IMG/VR virus record: IMGVR_UViG_3300030330_002762
Length of the DNA: 64,000 nucleotides
Source: an uncultured virus (IMG/VR IMGVR_UViG_3300030330_002762)
Taxonomy: Duplodnaviria; Heunggongvirae; Uroviricota; Caudoviricetes
Reading direction: 5' to 3' (one strand)
The notes beneath the pieces were generated by a model. It was given only the letters and a program-made list of their open reading frames with translations, searched no databases and was not told the origin of the DNA. Shown in pieces: positions 9,646 through 16,406 of this stretch. The position numbers and the translations under genes are program-made. Every line of letters begins with the position of its first letter. Position 1 is the first letter of the stretch.

Positions 9646-9870
9646 TTACCACTGTTCTAATTTATTGTATTCATTTAAAAACTCACTAGCCATACCATCT
9701 GGCAAAGGCTCTGGGTTAACACTATACTGCATGCCTAGCATAAAGTTTTCGGTAGTTTTAAAAGTCCCATACTTACTTGACATTACAACTAAACCGTCGT
9801 GTACAAAGTATCTCATAGGACTTCCACCAACAGTTGTTTTATAAACTCCATCTTTTAATCTTTTACTCAT
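9646..9870 (-). CDS. Hypothetical protein
   Basis: ORF in early operon. Confidence 0.6.
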   Translation of the reverse strand: MSKRLKDGVYKTTVGGSPMRYFVHDGLVVMSSKYGTFKTTENFMLGMQYSVNPEPLPDGMASEFLNEYNKLEQW

Positions 9871-9949
9871 ATATTATTGTTTAGCTTGCCTCGCCATTAA
9901 TAAAAATAAAATAACATAAGTTATTATTATAGTTTTAATACTTAGCATA

Positions 9950-10183
9950 TTAATTATTTATTAAAAATCTATCACCCCACATTAAATCTACTTCGTTAAT
10001 ATCAACAATCTTTACATGGGAATGTAATACCACAGTTCTTATATCACCTATAGTTAGCTCGTCCCAAGAAATAACACTCTTGAGTTTTTCTTTAAGAGCT
10101 TTAGTAGTATAGGGAAACTGTTGTTCATCTGCATTTATACTCGCCATAATTTCTGGGTTGAGTCTTTCATATATCGTCTTCAT
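9950..10183 (-). CDS. Hypothetical protein
   Basis: ORF directly downstream of promoter copy 2. Confidence 0.65.
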   Translation of the reverse strand: MKTIYERLNPEIMASINADEQQFPYTTKALKEKLKSVISWDELTIGDIRTVVLHSHVKIVDINEVDLMWGDRFLINN

Positions 10184-10186
10184 AAA

Positions 10187-10220
10187 TATATTATCTTACT
10201 TTATTCGTATTTAATTTGTG
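10187..10220 (-). promoter_or_regulatory. Early promoter-like motif, copy 2
   Basis: CACAAATTAAATACGA-N9-GATAATATA. Confidence 0.75.
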
Positions 10221-10221
10221 A

Positions 10222-10422
10222 TTACGCGTCAAGATTATCAGGTAAGCAAATAACATTAGCAAGTTCTTCAGTAATTTCGTTATTTTTTACTAATGAATCT
10301 ACCATGTTATTAAATGCCTCTCTTCTAGCTGGACCATCAATTATGTTATCTTGCTCATATACTTCTTTTATTCCAGGAAGTATATAATCTTCAAAATATT
10401 CAACTATTTGTTTTTCTGTCAT
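10222..10422 (-). CDS. Hypothetical protein
   Basis: ORF, acidic, in early region. Confidence 0.65.
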   Translation of the reverse strand: MTEKQIVEYFEDYILPGIKEVYEQDNIIDGPARREAFNNMVDSLVKNNEITEELANVICLPDNLDA

Positions 10423-10434
10423 ATTTAATTAATT

Positions 10435-10755
10435 TAGCAGCTCGGGGAGGAATCGAACCTCCCACCTCGTCAGGCAATATTAGTACCAATTCAAGCTGTG
10501 TGAACCGTAGGTGTGGTTTAATTATTACCGAGTAGTTTAATGTTAAGAGATTTCGCTCCCGCTCATGACTAATTACTTTATCCTACATTGAACCACCTAG
10601 TTCACTGTGACCAACCTCATCTTTATACATAGATATAGTCAGGTCACATTTTGAATATAAAGCTGTGCACATTTTCGTGAATTGTCGCTTTATACTCGCC
10701 CTATACAGGGTTTTTGAGTGGCTCGGTTACCCGAATTTGTCACACCACTCGTGTT
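10435..10755 (-). ncRNA. Putative structured ncRNA with 3' tRNA-like (anticodon-less) domain
   Basis: ORF-free gap of about 340 nt with multiple complementary stems; 3' end has stem CAGCTTG/CGAGCTG and T-arm GGAGG-TTCGATT-CCTCC. Confidence 0.65.
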
Positions 10756-10764
10756 CATAACTGA

Positions 10765-11145
10765 TTAATTCACTTCCGTCGACGCTTCTTCGTCGTCACT
10801 TTCATCAGCTACGCCAAATAACTTCTCAACATCTTGTATAATTTGCTCGTATAAATCAGCATGGCATTCAAATTCTATGTGGCTTAATTCCACCTTATTA
10901 TCATAATCCATACTCATTTCAACATTATAGCAATCAGCTTGGTTGAAATCAAAGTTTTCCACGCTAGTTTCTATAACTCTATGTAACTCAGCAAACTGCT
11001 TGTTAGTTAACTTTGGCTTATCACAATCCTCTAGTCTCTGTGTAGCTACTTTCAAATCGTGTTCTAAATCTTTCACCTGCTCTTGATGAGCTTCAAGTGA
11101 AACCTTTAGTTTCTCTATTTCTTTATTTAATTCTTCTTTATTCAT
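10765..11145 (-). CDS. Hypothetical coiled-coil/acidic protein
   Basis: N-terminal heptads, acidic C-terminus. Confidence 0.65.
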   Translation of the reverse strand: MNKEELNKEIEKLKVSLEAHQEQVKDLEHDLKVATQRLEDCDKPKLTNKQFAELHRVIETSVENFDFNQADCYNVEMSMDYDNKVELSHIEFECHADLYEQIIQDVEKLFGVADESDDEEASTEVN

Positions 11146-11146
11146 A

Positions 11147-11356
11147 TTATCTTAGCATTGTACCATAGCCTCTCCTGCGGAATAGCTTAGCGACTTTCGC
11201 TGCATCTTCACTAGACATTATCTGGATAGTATTACCCGTCTTGTGGTTTATGACTGGAGCACAACCGTACTTCGAAACAGTCGAGCAATCTACACAAACT
11301 CTAAAGCCTAATCGCAGGCGGCCTTCTGGTATTATTTTATTACATTTACATTTCAT
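11147..11356 (-). CDS. DksA/TraR-type C4 zinc-finger-like protein
   Basis: CKC..IPEGRL....CVDC. Confidence 0.6.
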   Translation of the reverse strand: MKCKCNKIIPEGRLRLGFRVCVDCSTVSKYGCAPVINHKTGNTIQIMSSEDAAKVAKLFRRRGYGTMLR

Positions 11357-11359
11357 ATT

Positions 11360-11393
11360 TATATTATCTACGAGTTATCGTATTTAATTTGTG
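11360..11393 (-). promoter_or_regulatory. Early promoter-like motif, copy 3
   Basis: CACAAATTAAATACGA-N9-GATAATATA. Confidence 0.75.
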
Positions 11394-11617
11394 TCCTCAT
11401 CTTCGTCATCAAATATATCTTCTAATTCTATACTATAACTCATACTAGAATCGTTTTCACTTAGTAATCTTATAGCAGTTTGTAGGCCATCTAAGTATCC
11501 TGCTTGATATACTGGTCGATCGTAATCGTCTAGCACGTTAGATGTGATAGCCATGTACTCCTCTGGAGTAAGCTCATCCATTACTTCTTGTTCTAAATCT
11601 TTTAATTGTTCTATCAT
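11384..11617 (-). CDS. Acidic hypothetical protein
   Basis: Very D/E-rich ORF. Confidence 0.6.
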   Translation of the reverse strand: MIEQLKDLEQEVMDELTPEEYMAITSNVLDDYDRPVYQAGYLDGLQTAIRLLSENDSSMSYSIELEDIFDDEDEDTN

Positions 11618-11620
11618 TTT

Positions 11621-12223
11621 TTAACTTAAATTATAACGGTGTCCGTTGATTATTACTTTGATATCATTAACACACAACTCATCATCGTATCTTTTTCCTT
11701 CATCTGTAAATGGTAATTGGTCGTTTTTTCTTTCATTTCTCCACCATTCACCATGTACTTCTGCTACTCTTTTCATGGTATATTCACCAACTAGGTTCAT
11801 TTTACCACTTCTGTAGTAGTTTTTTAGTATGTAATTACATAAATACACCACTCTTTCTTGATGAGTATCTATCATGATTCGCTTGTTAGCGTACCTTTTA
11901 CGGTATTTACCTGTCCATTTTGACTTAGTATAGTCACTATTATACTCGTAATCTTTGAAGTACTCAGCTTCTTTGCGCACTCTATTTAGTTGATAACAAC
12001 TTTGAGTGGCATTATTTTCACCATAAACTACCATTTTACGAACATAACCATTCTTATAAATAGTAAATCTATTGATTTCTGTAGCACCATTGTAGTACAT
12101 AGTTTTGAATGGTAATTCCCATACTTCTGTACCTTTAGCTTTTTGCCACGGTTTAGTGACCTCTTTGATACCAAGTAGTTCAAACACTCGGTATGCTTCT
12201 TCCATTGTTTTTACTTTATTCAT
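11621..12223 (-). CDS. Hypothetical protein
   Basis: 200-aa ORF in early operon. Confidence 0.7.
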   Translation of the reverse strand: MNKVKTMEEAYRVFELLGIKEVTKPWQKAKGTEVWELPFKTMYYNGATEINRFTIYKNGYVRKMVVYGENNATQSCYQLNRVRKEAEYFKDYEYNSDYTKSKWTGKYRKRYANKRIMIDTHQERVVYLCNYILKNYYRSGKMNLVGEYTMKRVAEVHGEWWRNERKNDQLPFTDEGKRYDDELCVNDIKVIINGHRYNLS

Positions 12224-12404
12224 ATTTTTCTACATATATTGTAGCATCTTCGTGTACCATCCAGTGACAATCTTCTGTTTTGTGACCCATTTCTTCAAGG
12301 AAATTTACTATTCTTTGCTCGTCAACACCCCACTTTTCAATGTCATATTGAGTTACTTTACCAGTGGTATAGTCTAATACTGTTATTGTTTTTATTCTAT
12401 TCAT
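12216..12404 (-). CDS. Hypothetical protein
   Basis: Likely start MNRIKTITVLDY at 12404, overlapping the upstream 40-aa ORF. Confidence 0.6.
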   Translation of the reverse strand: MNRIKTITVLDYTTGKVTQYDIEKWGVDEQRIVNFLEEMGHKTEDCHWMVHEDATIYVEKYE

Positions 12405-12519
12405 TATTTTTATGCTTTTTCTTTCTAGTATAAGTCTTTTTACTTTTATGAACACGCTTAAATGACGCTAATTTCCAATAAGGGTCTCTAGTTTTTATGT
12501 CTTTTCTACGTATTTTCAT
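12397..12519 (-). CDS. ArfA-like small basic protein (40 aa)
   Basis: Hand translation MKIRRKDIKTRDPYWKLASFKRVHKSKKTYTRKKKHKNNE; first ORF after promoter copy 4. Confidence 0.55.
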   Translation of the reverse strand: MKIRRKDIKTRDPYWKLASFKRVHKSKKTYTRKKKHKNNE

Positions 12520-12522
12520 AAT

Positions 12523-12556
12523 TATATTATCTTATACTTATCGTATTTACATTGTG
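12523..12556 (-). promoter_or_regulatory. Early promoter-like motif, copy 4
   Basis: CACAATGTAAATACGA-N9-GATAATATA; overlaps the tRNA 3' end. Confidence 0.75.
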
Positions 12557-12628
12557 ATTGAGGTAGGATTCGAACCTACACTCTACAGCTTAGAAGGCTG
12601 TTGCTTTATCCAGTTAAGCTACTCAACC
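12555..12628 (-). tRNA. tRNA-Arg(TCT)
   Basis: Full cloverleaf: GGTTGAG/CTCAATC acceptor, GCTT/AAGC D-stem, ACAGC-CTTCTAA-GCTGT anticodon arm, GTAGG-TTCGAAT-CCTAC T-arm; CCA not encoded. Confidence 0.95.
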
Positions 12629-12630
12629 AT

Positions 12631-12726
12631 TTACCACTCTAAATCAGCTATATCTTCTAGATAACTAGCATAATACTCGTGTTGTTGCTCGTTGTATTCT
12701 TCGTCTGTTAATTCTTTATAAGGCAT
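12631..12726 (-). CDS. Small acidic peptide (31 aa)
   Basis: Hand translation MPYKELTDEEYNEQQHEYYASYLEDIADLEW. Confidence 0.45.
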   Translation of the reverse strand: MPYKELTDEEYNEQQHEYYASYLEDIADLEW

Positions 12727-12983
12727 TTTCTTATCAATTTTTTAGTTAAACCATCTGCTATTTTATCATTTTTGATACATAGCAATTCACCACACTTTTC
12801 ATATTCTTCGGTGTTTTCGTAGAAAGATATTACTTCGTCAATATCTTCAGTAGTTATATCATATGGGTTACCATAAAACATAGCATCTACTCCTTCATAC
12901 TGTTCGAGAATATCTTCTACTGAACACCTATTTGTTAATACTCCGTAAGTATTACTCATTATTATTTCTATATCTATATTCAT
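12708..12983 (-). CDS. Hypothetical protein with UVR-like motif
   Basis: Likely start MNIDIEII at 12983; TEEYEKCGELL. Confidence 0.6.
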   Translation of the reverse strand: MNIDIEIIMSNTYGVLTNRCSVEDILEQYEGVDAMFYGNPYDITTEDIDEVISFYENTEEYEKCGELLCIKNDKIADGLTKKLIRKCLIKN

Positions 12984-12984
12984 A

Positions 12985-13145
12985 GTGGTAGTTGTGGACT
13001 CGAACCACTTGATTGTCATCACTCGGAGAGGACTACAGCCGCCTTCCTACCATGTATTACTCATTCGCATTTTTTATAAGACGCTAAACAAGTGGAACTA
13101 CGTCTTTAAATCACCACTAGTTAATCAGCACTTCACTAGTGGTTT
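12985..13145 (-). ncRNA. Second tRNA-like structured element
   Basis: TGGTAG/CTACCA stem, TGAT-GACA-ATCA hairpin, GTGG-TTCGAGT-CCAC T-arm; upstream hairpins AAGACG/CGTCTT and ACCACTAGT/ACTAGTGGT. Confidence 0.45.
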
Positions 13146-13153
13146 TGTATGAT

Positions 13154-13255
13154 TTATAAATTGCTAATCATAAATATCAATAGCACAATTCCGCTGGCGA
13201 TATAAATAGTGTTTAATAAACTTTTAAACACTACTTCATGATTAAACTTCCGCAT
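13154..13255 (-). CDS. Small membrane peptide (33 aa)
   Basis: MRKFNHEVVFKSLLNTIYIASGIVLLIFMISNL, TAATG-coupled. Confidence 0.45.
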   Translation of the reverse strand: MRKFNHEVVFKSLLNTIYIASGIVLLIFMISNL

Positions 13256-13485
13256 TAGGCAATATCTTCATTTCTTACCGACATTGGCAAATTATTACTC
13301 GCAGTGTACGACTTGTACTTTGCCCAGCAGGCCATCGCTTCTAGCTTGTCTTTCATTATTGCGAACACTTTGTCGTGATTATAAGTCGCGGTTTTACCAT
13401 TTTTGAACTCTACATTTATAGTCGCGTTCTTACCGACTAGAGATTGTCTTACTACAAATCTCTTACTATTTATTACATTAGTCAT
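13255..13485 (-). CDS. Early hypothetical protein, paralog of 13954-14175
   Basis: KRFV.R.SL.GKN..YNHD.V..KD..EAM.C.AKYKSYT shared. Confidence 0.8.
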   Translation of the reverse strand: MTNVINSKRFVVRQSLVGKNATINVEFKNGKTATYNHDKVFAIMKDKLEAMACWAKYKSYTASNNLPMSVRNEDIA

Positions 13486-13512
13486 AATTATATATTTTAT
13501 TTAGTTTACATT

Positions 13513-13546
13513 TATATTATCTACACTTGTTCGTATTTACATTGTG
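13513..13546 (-). promoter_or_regulatory. Early promoter-like motif, copy 5
   Basis: CACAATGTAAATACGA-N9-GATAATATA. Confidence 0.75.
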
Positions 13547-13557
13547 ACGACTCACAA

Positions 13558-13689
13558 TTATTCTTCATTTCGAGAGTTTAACTCGTCAATAACATTTTGA
13601 CGCTTCTCGTTACTTACTCCATATATTCTCATATTATGAAGTACTAATTCTAATTGTTCTTTACTTAATGTTTTTAAATCTATCATCAT
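13558..13689 (-). CDS. Small hypothetical protein (43 aa)
   Basis: Hand translation MMIDLKTLSKEQLELVLHNMRIYG... Confidence 0.45.
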   Translation of the reverse strand: MMIDLKTLSKEQLELVLHNMRIYGVSNEKRQNVIDELNSRNEE

Positions 13690-13765
13690 TCTTCAATTTT
13701 AGCTAATTTCTCAGCGATTTTTACTATTGACCACATTGTCATTATTATTATAAATTCCATATATC

Positions 13766-13799
13766 TTTATTATCTTTTTAGTTTCGTATTTAGTTTGTG
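13766..13799 (-). promoter_or_regulatory. Early promoter-like motif, copy 6
   Basis: CACAAACTAAATACGA-N9-GATAATAAA. Confidence 0.7.
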
Positions 13800-13891
13800 T
13801 AAAAGTAGTAGTTTTGTTTACTTATTATTTTTAGTTAGCAGTTACTCCGCCACTTCTCTTCACTTACAATTACTTATTATTATTAAAAGTG

Positions 13892-13941
13892 TGACATTAG
13901 CTAATTATACTTATAAGAGTAACTGGCAATTGTCACAGTTT
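13892..13941. promoter_or_regulatory. Palindromic operator-like site B (TGACATTAGC-N29-TGTCACAGTTT)
   Basis: Same arms as site at 7911-7959. Confidence 0.6.
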
Positions 13942-13953
13942 TTAGTAGAGATA

Positions 13954-14175
13954 TTACTCAGTAATTTTCATATCTCTACAAAATGCTGGCATAGCGTTAG
14001 TATTAGTGTACGACTTATACTTAGCGAAACAGTTCATTGCTTCAAATCTATCTTTATGTGCATTGTATACTTCGTCGTGATTATACTTTACTACTTCACC
14101 TTTCTTGTTTGTGAATGTTATTACTTCGTTTTTGCCTATTAAGGACTTTCTTATTACAAATCTTTTTAAAGTCAT
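13954..14175 (-). CDS. Early hypothetical protein (first gene of early arm), paralog of 13255-13485
   Basis: Clear pairwise similarity; follows promoter copy 7. Confidence 0.8.
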   Translation of the reverse strand: MTLKRFVIRKSLIGKNEVITFTNKKGEVVKYNHDEVYNAHKDRFEAMNCFAKYKSYTNTNAMPAFCRDMKITE

Positions 14176-14213
14176 ATTATTATATTTTAGTATTATTATT
14201 TATTAATTACATT

Positions 14214-14247
14214 TATATTATCTAGTGATAGTCGTAATTAGTTTGTG
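14214..14247 (-). promoter_or_regulatory. Early promoter-like motif, copy 7
   Basis: CACAAACTAATTACGA-N9-GATAATATA. Confidence 0.7.
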
Positions 14248-14278
14248 AGTAAATGTGAAAAAGTAATTGTGTATATAT

Positions 14279-14347
14279 GGGGGAAGTATGGGGGTGGGTG
14301 AAATAAATGGATTTTTAGGGGAGGGGGTGGGGGTAGGGGGGAGGGGG
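14279..14347 (+). repeat. G-run tract (G-quadruplex-like) at the divergent strand switch
   Basis: GGGG-A-GGGGG-T-GGGGG-TA-GGGGGG-A-GGGGG at 14318-14347 plus upstream G runs. Confidence 0.8.
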
Positions 14348-14398
14348 CAACACTTTACTCCAATATTTATAATACGGAAGTAAATATATTAAACACCA

Positions 14399-14410
14399 TG
14401 TAATTATCTT
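14399..14410 (+). promoter_or_regulatory. Putative late promoter motif
   Basis: TGTAATTATCTT upstream of first plus-strand gene. Confidence 0.55.
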
Positions 14411-14443
14411 CAATATAGGAAAATAATTTAAAACAAAAATATT

Positions 14444-14914
14444 ATGGGAGTAATAACACCTACTTTAACGTTAACATCTAAAGCTGCAGGATCTTCTCCA
14501 GCTAGTGACGCAGGACCACTAAGTTTTGCATTTCAACTATCAGCAACAGATACCTTATCTATAGATCAAGTTGCTACAAAAATAATAGATGTAGATGGAA
14601 CACATGAAGTACTTTGGGATGCTAGTGACTATATAACAACAAGTGCTGCTGGTTCTAAAGGAGGTTTTGTGTATGTTAAAAATATAACAGCAGAAGGTTC
14701 TGGTAGAAATATAATGATAGGTACAGCTAATTCTAACTTATCTGATGAAGTTGATTTAACTTCTACTGTAGATGCAGAAAGATTATTTACTTTACAACCA
14801 GGCGAGTTTGCTTTCTTTCCATGGGATATGACATTTGATTTATATGAAGATGCAAATGGAAGCACAAGTAATGCACTTGAAACTTGGTTATTTGTAAGAA
14901 CAGGAACCAACTAA
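14444..14914 (+). CDS. Putative virion structural protein (paralog family A)
   Basis: ITP.LTLTS, GGF.Y.KN, L.TL.PGEF.FF shared with 14925-15377 and partly 57807-58190. Confidence 0.65.
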   Translation: MGVITPTLTLTSKAAGSSPASDAGPLSFAFQLSATDTLSIDQVATKIIDVDGTHEVLWDASDYITTSAAGSKGGFVYVKNITAEGSGRNIMIGTANSNLSDEVDLTSTVDAERLFTLQPGEFAFFPWDMTFDLYEDANGSTSNALETWLFVRTGTN

Positions 14915-14924
14915 AGATTAAATA

Positions 14925-15377
14925 ATGGCTAAATATATAACACCAGCACTGACATTGACTTCTAACTCGTATGATGCTACCACTAATCCTGGTCCAACAT
15001 CATCGCCTTTAAACATATCTGTATCAGATTTAATAGATGTAACAGAGGTTAGATCTTTTGTTATAGATGTATCAACAACAAATGTACAATTAATAGATGC
15101 TGACCAAATAGCTTCTTCAGTTTCTGCTGGCACTGACGGCGGATTCTTATATTTAAGAAACTTAACAGAAGGACTAGCAACTACCGCAGATATATACATC
15201 GGACACGGTACAGCTGGTGAGCTACAAGGAACTACAACAACTAGACTAATGACATTGAAACCAGGAGAATTCTCTTTCTTTGGTTATGATTTAGAAGCTG
15301 ATTTAATAGTAGATGCTAGCGCGTCTGTAGTAGGAGCATTAGAAGCTATGTATTTTGTAAGAACTGGTACAGCATAA
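14925..15377 (+). CDS. Putative virion structural protein (paralog family A)
   Basis: Tandem paralog of upstream gene. Confidence 0.65.
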   Translation: MAKYITPALTLTSNSYDATTNPGPTSSPLNISVSDLIDVTEVRSFVIDVSTTNVQLIDADQIASSVSAGTDGGFLYLRNLTEGLATTADIYIGHGTAGELQGTTTTRLMTLKPGEFSFFGYDLEADLIVDASASVVGALEAMYFVRTGTA

Positions 15378-15382
15378 TAAGT

Positions 15383-15706
15383 ATGGCTTTTAAATTAAAA
15401 AGAAAACGTAAACCTAATAAGAAAAGTGTCTTATTAAAAAGGCTTAAAGAGTTAGAAAGTAAAAAATCACTTACTAACGTTGAGAAGGCAGAGATGGATA
15501 AGATATTAAAACTTCTAAAAAAGAAGAAAACCAATAAAATAGAAACTAAAAAACTTAATAACAATAAAAATAACGAAGAATCTATAACAACCGCATTCAT
15601 AGATGATACCAATGCAACGCTAGATCACTACAAATCTGCTGCTGGATCTTACAGGCGTGGTAGAATAGATAACCGAAAAAACTTAAAATCAATTAATAAC
15701 CAATAA
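15383..15706 (+). CDS. Basic hypothetical protein, MAFK N-terminus
   Basis: MAFKLK start, Lys-rich. Confidence 0.6.
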   Translation: MAFKLKRKRKPNKKSVLLKRLKELESKKSLTNVEKAEMDKILKLLKKKKTNKIETKKLNNNKNNEESITTAFIDDTNATLDHYKSAAGSYRRGRIDNRKNLKSINNQ

Positions 15707-15718
15707 ATTTAAACCGAT

Positions 15719-16012
15719 ATGACATACATATACTATAAAAGTAGTACATATACTACAGAACCGAAAATTTCAGAGAAACAACTAGCGGAGTGGAAGCACC
15801 TAGCTGACAAAAAGAACTGGAGAATTACACAATTACCTAACGGGTACTACCAAACAGAGGTAAATAAGCCCGATAATGACGAATCTTGGGTAGATATTAC
15901 AAGAAGAGAGACAATGGAAGGCGCAGAAGCTGCAATAAACGGCAGTGTTGAGCACTTTGAGAAGAAATTAGAGTACGTTAAAGGCCCAAAAGTCGTAAAA
16001 ACTTTTAAATAA
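15719..16012 (+). CDS. Hypothetical protein
   Basis: ORF, WRITQLPNGYYQTE. Confidence 0.7.
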   Translation: MTYIYYKSSTYTTEPKISEKQLAEWKHLADKKNWRITQLPNGYYQTEVNKPDNDESWVDITRRETMEGAEAAINGSVEHFEKKLEYVKGPKVVKTFK

Positions 16013-16013
16013 C

Positions 16014-16382
16014 ATGGCATTTAAACTAGGATCAGAAAAAAGAGGATTTAAAAACTCCAGTAATGTTAAAATAGTTAGAACTCCTTTGGAAAAAGACACT
16101 ATAGCTGAAGCTAGAAACGATGGTACTATAGCTATAAGCGAAGATATTCCAGTTAACAGTCCTATGTACCGTAGGGCTGTTAAACATGAGATGAAACACA
16201 TGGAACAAATGGAAGAAGGTAGAGCAGGTTACGGAGATGATTGGGTTATGTGGGAAGGAAAACTATATCTTAGAAGAACTATTAACGGCGAAGCTGTTAT
16301 TGATGGTCCAAATGGGAGGCATCCCGATGGAAGCGACCAACATCCTTGGGAGCAAGAAGCTATGCAAGCTGAAAAAGAATAA
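16014..16382 (+). CDS. Zincin-like metallopeptidase (HExxH), MAFK N-terminus
   Basis: HEMKHMEQ..PWEQEA. Confidence 0.7.
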   Translation: MAFKLGSEKRGFKNSSNVKIVRTPLEKDTIAEARNDGTIAISEDIPVNSPMYRRAVKHEMKHMEQMEEGRAGYGDDWVMWEGKLYLRRTINGEAVIDGPNGRHPDGSDQHPWEQEAMQAEKE

Positions 16383-16406
16383 TAATCGATTAAATAAATT
16401 AAAAAA

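Noticed and set aside
10435..10755. tmRNA
   Set aside because: Acceptor strands are only about 60 nt apart, there is no GGGG 5' end, G3-U70 pair or CCA, and no tag ORF lies between the strands
13795..14142. Plus-strand 115-aa ORF and the many other antisense ORFs in the track
   Set aside because: They overlap better-supported genes on the opposite strand, often start at non-ATG codons and have shadow-like composition
9191..14247. Repeated 34-bp motif as a CRISPR array or attC-like cassette repeats
   Set aside because: Copies are hundreds of bp apart and irregular, have a variable internal N9, are not palindromic, and no cas or integrase gene is present; a promoter fits better
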